Shown here one piece after another: positions 58,118 to 64,000 of a DNA stretch of 64,000 nt (its first letter is position 1; each line of letters opens with the position of its first letter). The position numbers and the translations under genes are program-made. The DNA lies in the NCBI RefSeq assembly GCF_025526975.1, contig NW_026515670.1:1488001-1552000 (forward strand), in the 5' to 3' direction. This DNA comes from Fimicolochytrium jonesii (Eukaryota). Under the pieces are notes generated by a model. It did no database searches. It was not told where the DNA came from and saw nothing but the letters and a program-made list of their open reading frames with translations.

Positions 58118-59551
58118 TTACGTCAACCTTCCATCGTCGAAGGACTTCAGCTCCAAGTGAGGAAGAGGTTGACGTTGGCACGCGGGTCTGATGTGTCGCT
58201 AACAGTCGCTAACTTCCCATGATTCTTCCCAGGGGTTCGACTCCAACATGAGGGCGGCGATTCTGCATTGCGCGCTTGGTGTCTCAATTCCAAGTCAACC
58301 GGCAAGAGACATCCCCGTTTGTTCCCAGCCAGCATCCTTAGCAGCACCCGACGCACTCACTCACGCAGGGCAGCACAGGCACCATGTTCATCACAAAGTA
58401 AGTCGCCCCCATCCCGGAGGATATTTCCCGTCGATCCTCACTTGGGATGTGGGATGCTAGACGCATGAGCCCCCCAACGTCATCCCGTCTTGCAAGACCC
58501 GCAACCACTAACCCACCCTCTTACTTCAACAGCCTGTACTCGAACCTTAGGCGGCGTCTGTACGACCACCCTACCATCTTCTTCTCGTACATCATGGGTA
58601 TCGGAGGTAGGTCAATGTGACGAATTGTTGTTCGTGCCTGAAGGTGGAAGGGAAGCGAAAGAACTGGCTCTCGGCGGCAATACCTCGGAGCTACCATCAA
58701 TTCACCTGGCGGGAGGGAAGAAGGGCGTTGGAATACTAGTGTATAAAGAGAGAAAGAGACTTAGAATAGAATCCGATCGCTAACATCCCCATCACCTCGC
58801 CATTGAATCACCCAGGCCCCGTACTACTACTTGTCGGCTACCCTATCAGGCGAGAGATGGGCTACAAGGCGCCCGTGGATGCTCCTCGGACTTTCCCAAG
58901 TAGGTTTCTTCGTTCACGCAGACGTCTCCTTTGGCCTTTCTTGCCACACCCATGGACGGACCGACTGACTGAACCCCGTCGCTCCTCTCCTGTATGCAGT
59001 ACCCTCCGGCCCGCGGAAATCCCCAGCAGGATACGATGATTAGAAAACTCACTAGATTCGGATTTCGGGGGACTCGTAGCAGATTTTAGATGATGTCCGA
59101 GGTGCCACTGGGAGATGGGACGAAGCGCAGACGAGAGATGGCAAAAACAAATGGGCGGTGTGGATTCGCGCTGAATTCCAACTGCCAATGACAACGAGAC
59201 GAATCCCGCATATCTCTTTTTGCTGCTTGTGCGCCCGCCGAGGCCCGGGATTAGAAGTGGGAACCCACTTTCGTCGCTCTTATACCAACCCGCTTTTGTG
59301 GGTTCAAATACGATCGTATATAACCATTGCCGCACATTGCCTGCTAACATGTTGTCTGTTTGTGTTTTGTTCCGGGAGACGTCCGACTTGTTTGCGAGTC
59401 GATTCAGGGAATGGGAATCGATATACCAAAAGACGTTACCCCAACGGGATTGGGTGTAACCTACGTGAGGGGGAAACTGTAACGCTTCTACGCTACACAC
59501 ACAGCTCCAGATGCTGAACCCATGAGCTCGTCCCCATCCGCACTAGTAAAA

Positions 59552-62500
59552 TCACCCAACGCTCGCCCGAATCCGTAACTCCTTCTCATCCATCAACGCC
59601 GCCATCTCCGCCAACTCATCGTCGTCGAATTCGGCACGGAGGAGTCCAAACGGGAGGAGGTAGATGTCTGTCCAGAAAATAACAAATTAGGGATTTTGTG
59701 TGTGCCCATTGTGACGCCCAAAACTACGACAAAAACATACCTTTACACCACGGACACTCCCTTACAGCTCTAAAAACCAGCGTCTTCGCTTTGGCCGTGT
59801 TGCCCTGCTTCGCTTCAAAGTGGAGGTAGAGGTACCACAGCGAGACGGAATGTCGAGCGCTGTGTGTTATGAAGAGGGGTTGGTTAAATTGACATTCCAC
59901 ATGAGGTATGCCACTTGGGCTAGCATACCTCGGACTATCAAGCGCGCGCTCGAAAAGCGATCGGACGATATTGGCGTTGGCGGTTTGGCGCTGGTGCAGT
60001 TCGGCCCAAATCGCGAATGTCCAGAGGATATGAGATGGGTTGCTGTGAGCGGACAGATAATGCGCGTTAGTTGGGTTAGTTTCGCACGAAAAATGGATAG
60101 GGCGCGCCTCCACCCCAACAGAAAACACACGCAAAAACTAACCTATTCAAAGCCCGATCAACCGCCCTCCTAACCCTCATCTCAACCTTCATCCTCCCCT
60201 CATTCCACCCATACAAGGCCCACATCATGGTATTCACCGGGTATCTCTCCAACGCACGTTCCAGCACCTCTCTAAACACGGCAGGCTTAAACGGCTGGCC
60301 AGAGGTCGCGTGCATGTACAGCAACCGCGCGTACGATTCCCACACGGCTTCTTCGAGCGCTGTCGGCGGGGAGTCGGGGGAGGTGAGGGATTGCAGGAAT
60401 CTTTCGTGAACTTCTTGGGCGTCGGTGACGGAGTGACAGAGGTATTCGGTGAGGGCGTAGCAGGCGAGGGTGTGGAGGAAGAGGGTGGCAGGGGGGGAGG
60501 AGAGGGGCATGGTGGGGTCGAGGAGGGAGGAGAGTTTTTCGAGGAGGGATTTGCGGGCTTTTATGATTTTTACGGGAGTGGGTTGGTGATTGGAAGAATC
60601 TCCCGCGGCTTGAGATTGTGGTGAGCTTGGCGGAAGAGGCTCGTCTAGCGCAAAGGCGAGTAGCACCGTGATGGCGCGCGGGATGTTTCCAGCGTGGTAC
60701 TCCAGTTCCGCGAGGTTGTGGTACAGCGCGGGTGCCGATGTCTGCTTGTCTTTAGGGAATGTGCGATAGGACTGCAACGCAACCTCATACACGCTCCTCG
60801 CCTCCTTCGTCCTCCCCTGCGCAAGATCAATCTGCGCATAAGCGTCCCACAATTCCAGATTCTGCCGCTCAGTTTTCAACTGCTGCTTGGCGAGTTTGGC
60901 CGCCCGTTTGGCATTGAAGGCCGCTTCGAGGGTATATTGCAACGGCAAGAAATCTCGTTGCAGTGGTGGATCCATGTTTTGCGTCTGTGCGAGGATGTTA
61001 TTGACGAAACCGTGCCTGCCCCGCCCGGCTGATTTGACGATATGGACGTCTCGCTCCGTCCAGAGACGGAACCATGTCCCGGCTTCGGAGAGGGTATTGG
61101 GCGTCTGCGGCCAGACTTTGATGGGAATGTCGGGGAGTTTTGCGCGTGGGTCTGCATCAGCCTCGTCTTCGCTGTCATTCGCAGAATGTCCTGCATCCGC
61201 AATCATCGGGAGCGAATCCAATGACGGCGGCCAGAACCCCATCGAGGACACATGACTGGCCAGCTCTCCATGCAGGAACGGGTCGCGAAAGAACAGATGC
61301 GATGACGAGATGCCACCGTTGAGCGGCACCGACAGCAGATGCAAGAAATTATGAATGAGTTGCTGCCTCGTCGACTCGTGTCGGACATCAAACATGAGCG
61401 TGGACACATCATCGAACATGACGGTGCGGTACGGATCATCTATACCGTTATCGTCCGCCGCTTCACGGAGAGGTAGCCAATTCCTGTAATCCTGCTGTGT
61501 CTCCTCATACAAGAACCTCGCATATTCATCTTCCTCGTCGTCCATTTCAGGCGGTGGACTAGGAGGCGCTGGAGCGTCAGCGGGCTTCCCTGTTTTGAGG
61601 ATATTGGCAGCCCATCCCTCCGCGCCATCCTCCCCAAATCGCGGGACCTCGCTTTCCCAAAACGACTCAAACATGCCCAAACGCTGTTCATACGTCTGGG
61701 TCCGAAACGCCGGCGGGCAAAAGCAGTTGAACTCGATGATCGCCTGGTACAACGCCACGGCGCGCTCACGGAAGCCCGACTGGTACAGCAGCAGACAAGC
61801 CCGTGTGAACAAATGCGTAAGGATTTCCTCCCGCTTCACTGCCCCTGCTTTCGTATCCTTCCGCATCGTGTCCATGCAATCCTCGTACAGCTCGATACAC
61901 GACGACACGCTGAACGCGCCGTAGATGGTTTGTCGGAAATCGATGTACTGCATCCATAATTCGATCGAGTTGGAACTCGCACGGAGGACGTTGTCCCATT
62001 TTGTGAGGATTGCGGTCGTCTCGTAGGTTTCTTGGCAGCTGGCCATGTAGCCGCATAAAAGTTCCTCGTTGTTGGGCAGTTCCTTGAGCGCGGACTCGAA
62101 GATCGCCTGTTTCTTCTCGTGTACTGCCACCCTGAGGTTTCCTTTGTCCTCTTTGTTCAGGAGGAGGGTGTCTTGCAGTTTGATGAGCTCAAGCCATAAG
62201 GAAAGGTCTTTTGGGTTCTCTCGCAGCCGTTTATTAGCTTTCGCAGTCTCTTCCGTAAAGTGGGCATCCTCGGAGATCACATCTGACGGGATGTCGGACT
62301 TTAAAGCTGGGTCAGCGGCGATAGAGATGAAGTCACCGCTATCGTGTTCTTGTCGGGTCGCATCGTCCTTTGATTTCAGCCTGCAAGACCAATGCGCGCA
62401 TAAGCTTCTAATCCGACTGCACGAAAACGGTTGAGACCATGCCTCATCGGAATGCCAGGCTCTTTGAGAACACGTTTGAAATCTTGATATCGCACTTTCT

Positions 62501-63508
62501 GCAAATGGATGCGACGGTCAGTTGGCAATCCGTTGTATGCTCCACACCTACGTCATGACCAGCAACATTTCGTACCCCCAATCCGTGAGAGCTTGAATCC
62601 ATCGGTCTGTACCGATAAACGACAACGTCACGGCTCTTGCGCGTGGCGTATCTGTCGATTCTCCAATCCGACGGAGCACCCAAAACCATGTCTAAAAGGG
62701 CATTTCGTTAGACTCCCAAAAGTCGATTGCCCAATCCGCAGGTCGCATTCTCTGAAAGTACCTCCCCAACGCTTGTAGCTCAACGTGGAGCTAGTTCCAC
62801 GTTGGTACGCCAAGTTTCGGCGATCGCCTTTCCGATCAAGAACGAAATCGGTCGTCTCGATGACATTATGATATGCCGAGTTCCTACAAAGTCTCAAATG
62901 TCAGCCCTTCAGTCGTGTTCCATCAATCCCAACAAATACGCAATCAAACTCACTTATTGAACGTGAACTCCTCCCGCTTCTTTGCATCCCTAGATCTCGA
63001 CCTTGATCTAGACTGGAAACACACGAAAACCGATCAACATTCTATCCCCTCTCCTTCATCCCCTCTCCTCTCCCAAAACGCACATCCGGAGACGGAGATA
63101 AAAGCAACCTACGCGTCTCCTCTTCTTTCCCTCCTTGCGATGGTTCTTCTTCTTCTTCGACGGCTTTCTCCCACCACGGTTCGTCTCCGACCGATCACCA
63201 TCGTCTGAGTCTACACTCCTACTACTGCTCCGTCGCCTCTTCCTATCTGCTTTTCGGGACGGTGATCGCGGACGTCGGGGGGGTGCGTCTGGGACGGGAA
63301 AGGCGGGTGATCTTGAAGGGGGTGGTTGCGGGGGCGGGATTGTTTGGGCTGTTTTGAAGGATGGGAAGGATGGGAGAGCGATTGTGGTGGGGTTGAAGGT
63401 GGAGAATGACGGGAAGGAGGGGAATCCGGCGGGTGTGGTTGATTTTGAGAGTGTTGAGGATGTGGTTTGGACGGTGTCCTGCCCATCCTCGTCCTGTGGC
63501 GTGGTCAT
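59552..63508 (-). CDS. NRDE2: NRDE-2 (nuclear RNAi/splicing/exosome regulator), HAT-repeat protein, multi-exon
   Basis: DRKGDRRNLAY, FESFWESEVPRFGEDGAEGW, DDPYRTVMFDD, RAVRECPWCK|DIYL and C-terminal MDEKELRIR. Confidence 0.92.
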
Positions 63509-63787
63509 GGCGAGCAACGAATGCGTGGAACCCGAACGTATTCAAACTCAGATTCAGTTGCGTGGATACCCGAACGGGCATTCAAAAGGTCAACAGCGCG
63601 GCCTCGCTTCTTCCCCGCTTCCCTTCCCTTCCCCTCAACGCATCCCGCTCTATATCTAGTACAGCTGTGCAGGAATATCGCATTGACGGTGTTGGACGTA
63701 CTGTACAACCTGGGGACCCATCCGAAGGAGATCCCGCTCAACTTAACAAGCATAGGAACTAGCGCTCTCTAGTATACTCCCGCATCC

Positions 63788-64000
63788 ATGTTCCTCCGCC
63801 CGGCCCTCCACCGAGCTCTCACCCGCTCCACACGCCACTGCCCCGCCCACCCAAAACTCTTCACCACAACCGCTCCCACACTCGCAACCTCCCCAACCGT
63901 AAAACTCGTCGCCCGCCTCCGCAAAGAAACCCAGTGCAGCATCTCCAAAGCCCGCGAAGCCCTCGCCGCCGTCCCCTCTACCTCCTCCGATCACTACGCC
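63788..64000 (+). CDS. TSFM: Mitochondrial translation elongation factor Ts, 5' part (runs off the window; not in the ORF track)
   Basis: Arg-rich presequence MFLRPALHRALTRSTR followed by VKLVARLRKETQCSISKAREAL (EF-Ts N-terminal domain). Confidence 0.8.
   Translation, partial: MFLRPALHRALTRSTRHCPAHPKLFTTTAPTLATSPTVKLVARLRKETQCSISKAREALAAVPSTSSDHYA

Noticed and set aside
59535..59545. CCGCACTA resembling my recollection of the SpuFz1 omegaRNA/element 3' end
   Set aside because: Only 8 nt match, there is no supporting stem-loop or opposite end, and it lies beside the NRDE2 stop.
29705..63508. Numerous short overlapping or antisense ORFs in the ORF track
   Set aside because: They are shadow frames of GC-rich, well-supported genes and carry no independent motifs.

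Overview
Eukaryotic nuclear DNA from a flagellated fungus, most likely a chytrid (spliceosomal introns, axonemal dynein, PIERCE-like gene, fungal-type PEP7/GPI8/MMS19). The right half (about 29.7-64 kb) is ordinary host genes: DNAH3-like dynein heavy chain, PIERCE1-like, TDP1, TAF12, MMS19, GPI8, NRDE2 and the start of mitochondrial EF-Ts. The left half holds two accessory zones. (1) 1-9.6 kb: a near-complete, apparently self-priming chromovirus (Ty3/gypsy) sits inside an intron of a decayed, intron-containing Fanzor1 (eukaryotic TnpB-like RNA-guided nuclease) gene, followed by repeats and orphan gene fragments. (2) 15.1-25.7 kb: a compact, decaying virus-like island with a spliced PD-(D/E)xK restriction-fold nuclease gene in tandem with an intronless beta-class N4C/N6A DNA methyltransferase, a membrane ORF, an ankyrin ORF and an NCLDV-type D5 helicase. 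The ankyrin ORF is split by a four-layer transposon nest (Tc1 derivative > DIRS element > copia-like LTR > gypsy solo LTR) whose outer two junctions can be reconstructed to the base. All protein calls come from motif recognition by eye and need confirming by alignment.
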